From positions 1 to 48,920 of the IMG/VR virus record IMGVR_UViG_3300020045_005581: a DNA stretch of 48,920 bases; one strand, 5' to 3'. Shown here piece after piece: positions 36,913 to 46,198 of this stretch; the first letter of the stretch is position 1; the number at the start of each line of letters is the position of its first letter. Position numbers and translations under genes: made by a program. The notes beneath the pieces were generated by a model. That model was not told where the DNA came from. It did not search any database and saw only the letters and a program-made list of their open reading frames with translations. The DNA is from a virus (Duplodnaviria > Caudoviricetes).

Positions 36913-37588
36913 GTTTATTTTATCATTTAGTATGGTACCCCCTAACCCCCTCCCTTTCTTCTCCTCTCCCTTTGCCAGTAGTAGCCTGTAATAAGCAAAT
37001 AGGTTTGTGTATTTTAAGTGTGTGCGGTGGTGGATGTTCCAACCTAGAGAAATAGTCTCTAGTCTAGTCGGTTACTGGCAGAAGGTGTCGTCAAAGTGTA
37101 GGTATGGGGGTCTATAAATTACTTTATAGTTAGACTATTGATGTTGCAGAGTGACTAACACCAATACTCTAATCATAAAACAATTATTTTTTTTCTCCAA
37201 AAGTATCTTTAAAAATATCTTTAAACAAATCTTCAAATTTTACCGGTTCTTCTTTTTTTCTTCGATGAAGACACCAATCTTTATGATCTTCGTTCTTTTC
37301 TATCTTTTTAAAACAAATTTCACAGTAAACTATCATTTTCTTTTAGTGCCTCTCGGCTTATATTTTAATTCTACTGGTATTCCCTCTTCGTTGAAATATA
37401 GGCGTTTTCTCCAATATTTAATGTAGCATCTATTGCACAACCCATACGCCCTATGCTTCGTTTCTTTTTGGCAGTTTCTACAAATCATTTTATTTTAGGG
37501 AGCTACGATACTTAGGCCGCACTCCTAGTAGTTTCCATTCGGATTAACCTTATATCGCTCAACTCTCTAAAGTAAAACGACTAATTAC

Positions 37589-37617
37589 ATCTTAGCATAT
37601 AAAATCACTATTGTCAA
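37589..37617 (-). promoter_or_regulatory. Sigma70-type promoter of the leftward operon
   Basis: TTGACA-17 bp-TAAGAT with extended -10 TG. Confidence 0.65.
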
Positions 37618-37700
37618 GGTTATATCTCAAAAATATGTATTTTAAGGTCTTAAATAGACTTTTTTGTGTAAAATTTGATGCACTTTTTTGTGACCTAACC

Positions 37701-37729
37701 TTGCATTAATCTAATTTATATGTTAAAAT
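37701..37729 (+). promoter_or_regulatory. Sigma70-type promoter for the mini-NrdD gene
   Basis: TTGCAT-17 bp-TAAAAT with extended -10 TG. Confidence 0.55.
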
Positions 37730-37844
37730 AAGTATAGTAAAAACCTAAGCACCCAATTTTAATGAAATATTTAAAATAAATCTAGGGTATATCCCTTTAT
37801 GCTCGCATACAGGGTTTTTGTGCTTTAAATATTAAAAAAAACGT

Positions 37845-38078
37845 ATGAAATTGACTTGTCACGATTGCAAAAAAACTATTAAAAAAGGTGATGAGTACAT
37901 GACGTACATGAATGTCGCCTTCCTTAAATGCCGGGCTTGCCACGAATTAGACCCAATCTTGAAAAACTTCCAAGAAACTGAGGTGTATTCTCGTGTAGTT
38001 GGTTATATTCGTCCTGTTTCTCAATGGAATAATGGCAAAAAAACAGAGTATAATGATCGAAAAGAATACAAAATTTAA
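37845..38078 (+). CDS. Stand-alone NrdD-type C-terminal glycyl-radical domain with a zinc site
   Basis: CHDC...CRAC followed by TEVYSRVVGYIRPVSQWNNGKKTEYNDRK. Confidence 0.85.
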   Translation: MKLTCHDCKKTIKKGDEYMTYMNVAFLKCRACHELDPILKNFQETEVYSRVVGYIRPVSQWNNGKKTEYNDRKEYKI

Positions 38079-38205
38079 ACCATCGTACCGAACTCATAAC
38101 CGATTAGTCAAATAAAATAGTTTAAATTTCTATATTTTTGTATCTTTTTATTATCGCATTAAGCCCTTAATAAAATTACTTATAGACTAATGGATAACTA
38201 TTTTT

Positions 38206-38234
38206 AGTATACTCCTTTTTAGCAGATTTGTCAA
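38206..38234 (-). promoter_or_regulatory. Sigma70-type promoter facing the mini-NrdD gene (antisense)
   Basis: TTGACA-17 bp-TATACT. Confidence 0.55.
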
Positions 38235-38420
38235 CTTTATTACCTTATATTAGCATTGATCATTGAAAATTTAAAACCGAACCTTGTGCTTAGTGAAAAT
38301 TGGCTGAATTTTTTTGACTTTAAACTCAAAATAAACGCTCCGATGTTTTCCAGAGTAAATCCTAGAGTCGTAGTGATACCATATCACCTGATAATATATC
38401 ACTTGTATTTTTTAAATACA

Positions 38421-38462
38421 AAAAAACCGACTATCTGGGAATTAGTCGGCTGTTTCTTTTTT
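38421..38462. terminator. Probable intrinsic terminator
   Basis: A-tract, CCGACTA...TAGTCGG stem, T-rich tail. Confidence 0.55.
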
Positions 38463-38507
38463 GCCTATTGCGGATATCTCCGTTTTGGCTTTTTAGTTAT
38501 TGCCTCT

Positions 38508-38861
38508 TTAGAATGTCATTAATGCATCATCCTTGCCACATTTCGCACATTTGAAAATTTGGTTTTCTTCGGTTTCAATGTGCATATGGTTGCAATGGTT
38601 GCATCTTACTTTCTCGCCTTTTTGCTTTTCGCCTTTTATTGGTGTATCTAAGAAAATAGTATCACTAGCTAGTAGCTTAGCTACTCCAAAATGAAGGGAG
38701 GACAATGATACTACAATTTGATTGCCATTGGGTGACACTATCACGTGTACGTGGTGGGTAGACTTTTCTTTATTAGTTGTAAAGATATCAATATCAAGAA
38801 AACGATTTCCTCCTTGCCCCTTACTTGCTCTTTCACTTGTTGTTGTTGCATAAAGTCGCAT
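38508..38861 (-). CDS. Hypothetical protein with a C-terminal zinc ribbon
   Basis: Probable start MRLYATTTSERASKGQGGN; CNHC...CAKC. Confidence 0.6.
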   Translation of the reverse strand: MRLYATTTSERASKGQGGNRFLDIDIFTTNKEKSTHHVHVIVSPNGNQIVVSLSSLHFGVAKLLASDTIFLDTPIKGEKQKGEKVRCNHCNHMHIETEENQIFKCAKCGKDDALMTF

Positions 38862-38865
38862 TTTT

Positions 38866-39393
38866 TTATTGTGTTTTATGCGGACAAACCCCTCCATTGT
38901 GTTGCTTTGCTGTGTTGCAATTAAAGCATAAAATCTGCAAGTCATTTGGAAAATTATCTTCTATAATTTGCTTATAAAATAAATATCCGCTAACTCTATT
39001 TTTCCGCTTTGTTCCATCTTCTCTATTTTTTAATTTATAACCATCATTATTGATATGGTCAATAGTTAAAAAATAAATCTCATATATACCACAACAAGCA
39101 CATTTTCCTCCGTAATGATCCACAATTTGACGTTTTAACTTTTTTGCTTTTTGTCTTTGAATTTCTAAAGCCTTTTTCCTCCATAATTTATGCTTTTCCG
39201 TGTTTCTGTATGAGCGTTGCCACTCTTTTTGATATTCATTAAAGCGATAAATATATGAAGCATCTTTTCTGGCTTTGGCTTGTTTTTCATTTATGCAAGA
39301 CTTGCAATAAGTTGTTTTCCCGTTCTTTTTTTGTTTGTCCGAATAAAAATCATTTAAGTTTTTAATTATTCCGCATTTTGTGCATAGTTTCAT
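38866..39393 (-). CDS. HNH endonuclease
   Basis: CTKC...CKSC, YGGKCACCG...LTIDHINNDG...LQILCFNCN. Confidence 0.85.
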   Translation of the reverse strand: MKLCTKCGIIKNLNDFYSDKQKKNGKTTYCKSCINEKQAKARKDASYIYRFNEYQKEWQRSYRNTEKHKLWRKKALEIQRQKAKKLKRQIVDHYGGKCACCGIYEIYFLTIDHINNDGYKLKNREDGTKRKNRVSGYLFYKQIIEDNFPNDLQILCFNCNTAKQHNGGVCPHKTQ

Positions 39394-39421
39394 TGTATAC
39401 TATTTATTATATTATATAATA

Positions 39422-39450
39422 ATTATAGCACACTTTTTGCTACTTGTCAA
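39422..39450 (-). promoter_or_regulatory. Consensus sigma70 promoter for the HNH gene
   Basis: TTGACA-17 bp-TATAAT with extended -10 TG. Confidence 0.75.
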
Positions 39451-39825
39451 GCATAAAAAAATATAGTTTCATACATTCACACACCCCACAAAGCCAAAAA
39501 ATGACCCTGTAGCGTGTCTATTAGTTGTTAAGGTCTAAACGTTCCCAGAGAGGCGAGATTATTATAATCCGCTTTATATTGCCTATAAACTTTATAAGCA
39601 ATAAAAGAGGGCTATTTTTTATATAATATTTTTCCCATCTTAACGCCAGCGTTAAATAGCTCAATAAATAACTCTTGCAATATTAGCGAATCGTTTTTAT
39701 TTAACTTTTCTTTAATAATTTCTGGCAAAGTGTTGTATATTTCTATTGCTTTTTCTGTGTCCATATTTTTTAACTTAATAATTAACTTTATAACCTCGCC
39801 ATAATATAGCAAGGCTAGAAGGTGA

Positions 39826-40251
39826 CTATTCTACTTTTGAAAGGTTCACATAATCCCAGTCAGTCCCAAAATGATATACTGGCAAAATATAAAGGTCTAG
39901 AATTTCACTATAGAAAATATCCATGCCATAAGTACTATTTAAAAACTCCATGTCGCTATCTCCTATAGCTATAGCGTACCACTGGGCTGGCTCACAGTTA
40001 CACTCTGGATATTCGCCATATTGATTAACTAACCCCTCTCTAATCGTTTTGTCTTCCTCCTTATCGCTTCCCTCTAATTCTTCAATATCTCGCCTTGCTT
40101 GCTCATATTCACAATCATGAGCTTCTAGCCATTCGTTAATGACCCCCTCATCATATGACTCATTATCCCTTGACACTAAATTAGGAGCTTGATTGAATAG
40201 TACTAAATCATAACTTTTCGCAAAGTCTCCCCACGTTTTAAATTCTTGCAT
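39826..40251 (-). CDS. Acidic early hypothetical protein
   Basis: 141 aa; QWYAI...YSEILDLYILPVYHFGTDWDYV conserved-looking tail. Confidence 0.65.
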   Translation of the reverse strand: MQEFKTWGDFAKSYDLVLFNQAPNLVSRDNESYDEGVINEWLEAHDCEYEQARRDIEELEGSDKEEDKTIREGLVNQYGEYPECNCEPAQWYAIAIGDSDMEFLNSTYGMDIFYSEILDLYILPVYHFGTDWDYVNLSKVE

Positions 40252-40276
40252 ATTTTTATGTAGGCTTATTGCCCTG

Positions 40277-40468
40277 TTATTTTATTAGTCCATTACCCAT
40301 TAAACTATCAATTGCCCATTCTCTATATTTACTATATCCATTTTTTAATTCTCTAGTTCTATCGTTAAAAAATCTTTCATCATGCCTATCTTCCTCTCTT
40401 TGTGTTTCTATCTCTTTTTCTATTAATAGTTCAATATCGGGAGTGTAATTTTTTTTATATATACTCAT
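40277..40468 (-). CDS. Hypothetical protein
   Basis: 63-aa ORF. Confidence 0.5.
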   Translation of the reverse strand: MSIYKKNYTPDIELLIEKEIETQREEDRHDERFFNDRTRELKNGYSKYREWAIDSLMGNGLIK

Positions 40469-41002
40469 ATTCTAATCCTTATCGCCATTTAATAAACTCT
40501 CTAAGATCCAAAGTTGATACTCACTCATTTTATTTGTTGCATATCTCATGCAAAGTTAAATTTTTAGTTATTAGTAGGATAGCACGTTGAGCTTTTAGCC
40601 TTGCCCTTATTTCCTTACAAGTTCCATAAAGTACAAAGCCATATTTATTTATTTTCATTTTAGCACCTCCTTTTCTAGTTTTTATTTTTTAATTAATTCT
40701 TTGGCATATAACTGAACTTTATTTATTCCTACCATTGTTACAGTTACATTTTTATATTTTGCTTTCAGTTTATCATATAACTTTTCTCCCTTTTTCAAGT
40801 TTTCATTGGTTGACGTGTCCACAGTAACAATAATTGTTGTTTTCATAGTTTTAATTTATTAATTACATTGGTGATAATAGTTTGCCCCATTTTTCGTGCA
40901 GTAGTTTATAGAGTCAATCCCCACTAAAGAGAAAAAGACTATAAACATAACTGCAAGTATTAATATTTTTTTCATATGTTGAATTTAATTGATTACATAG
41001 TT

Positions 41003-41030
41003 ATTATATCACACAGCAAAACATTGTCAA
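41003..41030 (-). promoter_or_regulatory. Sigma70-type early promoter
   Basis: TTGACA-16 bp-TATAAT. Confidence 0.65.
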
Positions 41031-41775
41031 TAGCAACTAAAAAAGATAACTGTTGATAACTAAACATAAGATACATATACCACTATAAGAAAATTTAAAC
41101 GCCTCTCAGGTCAATTTTAGAGGTCATAAAATAGCTAAATCTTATAAAAACGGGCTAAAGGATAAAAAAGCCTAAAAAACGGCATAAAGATATTTATATA
41201 TAGAGAGAACTAAAAAAGGACTTAAAAGCTAATTATAATAAATCATACTAAATTGGTAGGAGATAAGAAACCATTAGCTATAAGCATAGGATAGAGAATA
41301 GATAGATAGAATAGATATATTTCAATATTGGCATGATAAACTAATTAGATTTAATTTCATTTTATATATCTAATACACGAATAGACACGCTCAAAATATA
41401 AAAACAAATTAAAATAAATTAAAACATAAAAAGTTATATTTGTCCATGTGTCGTCCAAGATATATTGTGCGACACTACACATACCTTTATATAAGCCATT
41501 ATTCGCACTATGTATATATACTATATGCTTTATATACATATTTTATATAGTATATAGCCATATATATGCATATTTGTCAATAGATATGGTAGGGGTGGGG
41601 AGGGTCACCCGTTGAAAATTTTTTTATTTACCCTCATATCCAAAACAAAAACAGACCACCAAACTAAGGTTTAAATTAAGGCTTTAAGATCTAAAAATTT
41701 TTTCCAAACTCAAAATACGACTTACACAAAAAACACCGAATTGAGCTTTAAATAAAACAAAAAATAAAAATAACC

Positions 41776-41812
41776 TTGACAAGATTCCAAAATAGTGATA
41801 CAATATCACTAT
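41776..41812 (+). promoter_or_regulatory. Rightward promoter with an overlapping palindromic operator
   Basis: TTGACA-17 bp-TACAAT; palindrome ATAGTGATA-CAA-TATCACTAT at 41792-41812. Confidence 0.65.
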
Positions 41813-42022
41813 ATGAAATCACTACAAGCAAGATTTAACCGAATTAAAGAGAATAATCCCTTGGTTAGCTCACTAATTTCCTTTAACACCGCTTGTATCG
41901 GAGGAAACTTTGAAAAAAGAACTGTATCAGAGTGGTTCCGTAAATGCGTAGATCCGAAAGATTATCTACCTTCTTACAAAGATACTTTAATTTCTCAAGC
42001 ATTTGAGTTATCGAAAGATTGA
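41813..42022 (+). CDS. Hypothetical protein
   Basis: Probable start MKSLQARF, directly after the promoter. Confidence 0.6.
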   Translation: MKSLQARFNRIKENNPLVSSLISFNTACIGGNFEKRTVSEWFRKCVDPKDYLPSYKDTLISQAFELSKD

Positions 42023-42134
42023 AACAACTCTGAGCAGCGACAAGATTGGCATCAAAATTGAGCTGTGTTGGATTTTTAAAACGAAAAGGTGTCTAGGTAC
42101 TAATAAAAAATTTAAGAGGCCTTAAAACGCAAAA

Positions 42135-42611
42135 ATGGCAAATCAGAGAGAGAATAAAATACAGCAACTCTTAAATAAACTAGATTGGATGTTCAATCTT
42201 CATCACTTTGAAAAAGAAATAGTCTTTGAAGCAAATGATAACGGAAACTTAGCTGATATTTCTTACGAAGAAAATTACCAAAGGCTTACTTTAAGAATTT
42301 ATCCCTGTTTTTTTAAACAAAGTGAAGTGGAACAAAGAAAAACAATCCTCCATGAACTCTGTCATACGATCACTTTACCACTTAGGACAGCTTTCCATGA
42401 ATTTTTAGACGGAAAAGCGACTACAAAAGAACAAATCAAATTTTTAAACGAACGTGAAACAAGTATTTTAGAAAATTTATTCGATCTTCTTTTAAAAGGA
42501 GAGTTAAATTACGCTAAAGAAGCTTATAAGGACTATATTAATAAAAATGTCAATAGTAAAAACACTGTTAAAAAAGAAAAAAGAAACAAGAGGAAGACCA
42601 AAAACCTGTAA
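42135..42611 (+). CDS. HExxH zincin-like protein
   Basis: TILHELCH. Confidence 0.6.
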   Translation: MANQRENKIQQLLNKLDWMFNLHHFEKEIVFEANDNGNLADISYEENYQRLTLRIYPCFFKQSEVEQRKTILHELCHTITLPLRTAFHEFLDGKATTKEQIKFLNERETSILENLFDLLLKGELNYAKEAYKDYINKNVNSKNTVKKEKRNKRKTKNL

Positions 42612-42999
42612 AACCATCATAGATGGTAAATTTGTCGGTAAAGGGAAAGCTCAGACGATCAATCCTCGCAGAGTAGCTCGTAAAGTAGTAACTCAAATCA
42701 TGAATGGCGAAAGAGCTAATGTTGGAAAAGCAATGGCTGAAATCGGTTATTCAAAATCTTACTGTAAAAGTTCTACCCCGGTTACACAAAATCCAGCTTT
42801 TCAAGAAGAGATGTTTGATCTTGTTCTCGAGTTGGAAAAAGAAAGACAACAAATGCTTATCGATATGAAAGATCCTGCACGAAGAGACAAAGCTTCATGG
42901 CGAGATATGGTTGAAGGATTTAACAAAATAAACAACGCAATTCTTCTCATTACTGGTAAAGCTACCTCTAATGAGAAAATTACAGTTTCATGGGAATAA
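42547..42999 (+). CDS. Putative terminase small subunit
   Basis: GKAMAEIGYSKSY HTH-like motif, LLITGKATSN...ITVSWE tail, upstream of TerL. Confidence 0.65.
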   Translation: MSIVKTLLKKKKETRGRPKTCKTIIDGKFVGKGKAQTINPRRVARKVVTQIMNGERANVGKAMAEIGYSKSYCKSSTPVTQNPAFQEEMFDLVLELEKERQQMLIDMKDPARRDKASWRDMVEGFNKINNAILLITGKATSNEKITVSWE

Positions 43000-43082
43000 T
43001 ATGGCTTGTAAGAAAAAAAGAAAAAAGAAATGAAAATTAACTACCAACAGAATAACCCCAATCATCCCAGTAATGGGAATAT

Positions 43083-43157
43083 TTTAGGGTCGTCTAATTG
43101 GTAGGACACTTGCCTTTGAAGCAAAGAATGATAGTTCGAGTCTATCCCCTAAAACCA
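43083..43157 (+). tRNA. tRNA-Gln(TTG)
   Basis: Acceptor TTTAGGG/CCCTAAA, anticodon loop CT-TTG-AA, T arm GATAG-TTCGAGT-CTATC, encoded CCA. Confidence 0.85.
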
Positions 43158-43158
43158 A

Positions 43159-43230
43159 CAGGGTATGGTATATCGGCTATTACACCGGTCTTGGATACCG
43201 GTAAGGAAGATTCGACTTCTTCTACCCTGA
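43159..43230 (+). tRNA. tRNA-Pro(TGG)
   Basis: Acceptor CAGGGTA/TACCCTG; anticodon arm CCGGT-CTTGGAT-ACCGG. Confidence 0.85.
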
Positions 43231-43246
43231 CATTATTCACAGTAGT

Positions 43247-43320
43247 GTGACTATAGTTCAAGGGTAGAACATACGTTTGTGAAACGTAGTAAGAGGGTTC
43301 GAGTCTCTCTAGTCACCCCA
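43247..43320 (+). tRNA. tRNA-His(GTG)
   Basis: Acceptor GTGACTA/TAGTCAC, C73, CCA; anticodon arm TACGT-TTGTGAA-ACGTA. Confidence 0.9.
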
Positions 43321-43330
43321 TTGTGAGTAA

Positions 43331-43402
43331 CCTCGTGTAGCTCAATGGTAGAGCGGCACCCTGTTAAGGTGAAGGTTCTTAGTTCGAATCTAAGCGTGAG
43401 GG
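43331..43402 (+). tRNA. tRNA-Asn(GTT)
   Basis: TAGCTCAATGGTAGAGC D arm, anticodon loop CT-GTT-AA, T arm CTTAG-TTCGAAT-CTAAG. Confidence 0.85.
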
Positions 43403-43410
43403 CAAAATTT

Positions 43411-43722
43411 ATGAAACAAAAAACACCAGAACAAATAAAAGACGGAATAGAAAAAGTCCAAAAGGCCATGGATCGTTTTTATCGTAACTTTAATGGAAAA
43501 ATGCCAGAAGAATTAGCAGTTACTTTTTTAGTGGCTGTAATTCCAGATCGTGCTTCCTTTCTAGACAAGTTAAAGTATCGAGTAGCTGAAATGTCTATCA
43601 ATACAGTAGCTGCTGAAAAAGAACTAATTTATGGAAAACTTTCTAAAGACAATAAGATAAAAGCCAAGAAAGATTACAAAGAAAACAAAAAGCTAATTTT
43701 AAAACAAATAAAAGAAAGATGA
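43411..43722 (+). CDS. Hypothetical protein
   Basis: Start trimmed to MKQKTPEQ because the track start lies inside tRNA-Asn; ATGA overlap with TerL. Confidence 0.65.
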   Translation: MKQKTPEQIKDGIEKVQKAMDRFYRNFNGKMPEELAVTFLVAVIPDRASFLDKLKYRVAEMSINTVAAEKELIYGKLSKDNKIKAKKDYKENKKLILKQIKER

Positions 43723-45002
43723 AGATCGTAATTCCTTATAAGCAAAGAAACTGGGCTAAGGAACTTCATCAATCTACAAAAAGGTGGAACATCATCATAG
43801 CTCATAGACGTTGTGGTAAAACTGTTGCTTCTATTAATCACTTGATTAGAGATGCCATGAGAACTCCGGACTCTAAATTTGCTTATATTGCTCCAACCTA
43901 CAAACAGGCTAAAAACGTAGCTTGGGATATTTTAAAAAAATATGCTTCTACCATTCCTAGAGTCAAATTTAATATTGCCGATCTTTACGCTGAGTTTCCT
44001 AATGGTTCTCGTATCACTTTGTATGGGTCGGAAAATGTAGACGGACTTCGAGGTATCGGTTTATGGGGAGTAGTTTTTGATGAGTACTCACAGCAACCTT
44101 CAAATATATTTACAGAAGTTATTTCAAAATGTTTAGCTGACCATCATGGTTATGCTATTTGGATCGGAACTCCTAAAGGTAAAAACGATTTTGTAAACCT
44201 TTATCTTAAAGGAAAAGAATCTGATGACTGGATGGCTATTCTTAAAACTATTGATGATTCTTTGGAAAATGAAACCGGACAGATTATTGATAACCTAAGA
44301 ATGGCACTTGAGGATGATCGTAAACTCGTAGCTGACGGACTAATGACTCAAGATGAGTTTGAGCAGGAATGGTACTGCAACTGGAATGTTTCGATTAAAG
44401 GTGCTTACTATGCTGACGAACTTTATTGGATGCGAGAAGAGGAAAGATTTATTCCAATGAGATTGGAAAAAAGACTTCCGGTGCATACTTGGTGGGATAT
44501 TGGTGTCGGAGATGCAGTTGCGATTGGGTTTTTTCAACAACACAACAATAAATGGGTTCTTATTGATTACTTAGAATCAGAAGGGGAAGGACTTCCTTAT
44601 TACGTAAATGAACTTCAAAAGAAAGGTTACGTCTACGGAAGACACTTTGCTCCGCATGATATTACTGTTCGGGAGTTTACTACAGGTCAAAGTCGGTTAG
44701 AAACCGCTAAAAGTCTAGGAATTTACTTTCATATAGCTCCAAAACTAGGAGTAGACGATGGAATCCAAGCTACCAGATTAAGAATGAACCAGCTTTGGAT
44801 CAATTCAGATAAATGTCAATACTTCATGGATTGTATTTCACAATACCAAAAGGAATGGGATGACAAACGTGGAATGTATAAATCCAAACCCTTACATGAC
44901 TTTACTTCACATGCAGCAGATATGCTTCGCTACTGGGCTGTTACCCCGGACTTTACAAATGTAACCGCATCAACTTATACGTATAAAAAAAACAAATTTT
45001 AA
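43719..45002 (+). CDS. terL: Terminase large subunit
   Basis: AHRRCGKT Walker A, YIAPTYKQAK, VVFDEY Walker B, IGTPKG, WDIG and SHAADMLRY nuclease motifs. Confidence 0.95.
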   Translation: MKIVIPYKQRNWAKELHQSTKRWNIIIAHRRCGKTVASINHLIRDAMRTPDSKFAYIAPTYKQAKNVAWDILKKYASTIPRVKFNIADLYAEFPNGSRITLYGSENVDGLRGIGLWGVVFDEYSQQPSNIFTEVISKCLADHHGYAIWIGTPKGKNDFVNLYLKGKESDDWMAILKTIDDSLENETGQIIDNLRMALEDDRKLVADGLMTQDEFEQEWYCNWNVSIKGAYYADELYWMREEERFIPMRLEKRLPVHTWWDIGVGDAVAIGFFQQHNNKWVLIDYLESEGEGLPYYVNELQKKGYVYGRHFAPHDITVREFTTGQSRLETAKSLGIYFHIAPKLGVDDGIQATRLRMNQLWINSDKCQYFMDCISQYQKEWDDKRGMYKSKPLHDFTSHAADMLRYWAVTPDFTNVTASTYTYKKNKF

Positions 45003-45005
45003 ATT

Positions 45006-45400
45006 ATGGACTTTAGAACATACATTGATCAATATCAAGAAGGAACAGTTCAAATAACTCCACAGGTTTCTTACAGCCTGAGAAAAGTTATTGAAAACAA
45101 CATTAGACTTATGAATGGTCAATTTGAAGAACCATATTATGATGATGGAACTAGAAAACTTTTCTACAACATTGGTTATATAATGGCAAGTACTATTTAT
45201 AAGAACACAGATCTTGACACTAAGGATATTGGACTTAGGGCTTTAAATCCTACATCAATGGAACTTATTGGTCTTTACCGAGCCGCTGTTAAGGCTAATA
45301 TGAAAAATCTTGGGTACGATCAGTTCATGAATGAATCTCGTTGGGAGCTGATTAACCAAGGTCATGTTATTTCTAAAGAAGTCAAAGGAGAATCAAGACT
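45006..45400 (+). CDS. Portal protein, N-terminal fragment (truncated at the junction)
   Basis: Directly follows TerL; KLFYNI...KNTDLDTKDI motif. The frame then runs into the antisense strand of an unrelated gene. Confidence 0.7.
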
Positions 45401-45859
45401 TTTAAACTTACCAAACTTAGAACTAAACGGTGTGATTGTAAAGTTTATTCCCGTACCATCATAGTCCCTTGCAAATTTAGGAACTAAATCAAACCCCCAA
45501 CGTTCTAAATAAGTAGGGTAACACTTTAGCAACGTGCCATCATTCGCACCTAGATCGGCAACACGTATATCATCGCCAGCCATAAAATGTATGTGAATTA
45601 ATGCATCCGCAACCAGTTTTTGTAAGTGGTCACGCATTGTCTTATTGATTCCTGAGCGATAGCCATATCCATCAGTATACAACAATGATTGCGGAACAGT
45701 ATCCCTTAATTGTACTTGTTTACAATCGCTACAGATAACAAGCTCTAGCGGAAACTTTGGCGGTTTTTTGTCATCGTCACGAAATTCAGATAAGTATTGC
45801 TCTCCAAGATTCAGTACTGATATTAAGTTAGATGATTTACAAATTCGACAAACTGACAT
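45401..45859 (-). CDS. NDP-hexose C-methyltransferase-like protein, 3'-truncated
   Basis: CRIC...LNLGEQYLS...PLELVICSDCKQVQL...YGYRSG...DLGANDGTLL; cut off after GKFK. Confidence 0.8.
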
Positions 45860-46198
45860 TTATTTCAACCTCTCAGTTATAGTTGTCTTTTCCGTAGGTA
45901 TTCTAAGAATAACACTCCCTTTGGGAAACCGTTTAATCCCTAAGCCATCAAAATATACATGGACTTGCTCATATTCAGTCAATACGATAAATCCATCTAG
46001 CACTGTATAATTATCTGCATAAATTCTATCCATATCTTGCACTTCTATACAATACTTGAAATTGTTGCTTATGCTACTGGCTAATGGTATATTTTTATAC
46101 ATTACCCCATTTTGATCTGTATTCCAACCATCGGTATTGCAACCTATTCCTACAAATAAAACTGCCATTATTATTGTAAATAAATAGACTTTGACCAT
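45860..46198 (-). CDS. Putative lipoprotein
   Basis: Hydrophobic leader ending in IGC. Confidence 0.55.
   Translation of the reverse strand: MVKVYLFTIIMAVLFVGIGCNTDGWNTDQNGVMYKNIPLASSISNNFKYCIEVQDMDRIYADNYTVLDGFIVLTEYEQVHVYFDGLGIKRFPKGSVILRIPTEKTTITERLK

Noticed and set aside
41551-41580. Additional leftward promoter (TTGACA at 41575-41580)
   Set aside because: The -10 box is ambiguous within a TA-repeat run and no credible ORF follows.
43251-43469. Minus-strand ORF 43251-43469 and the 5' extension of ORF 43345
   Set aside because: Both overlap tRNA-His/tRNA-Asn genes.
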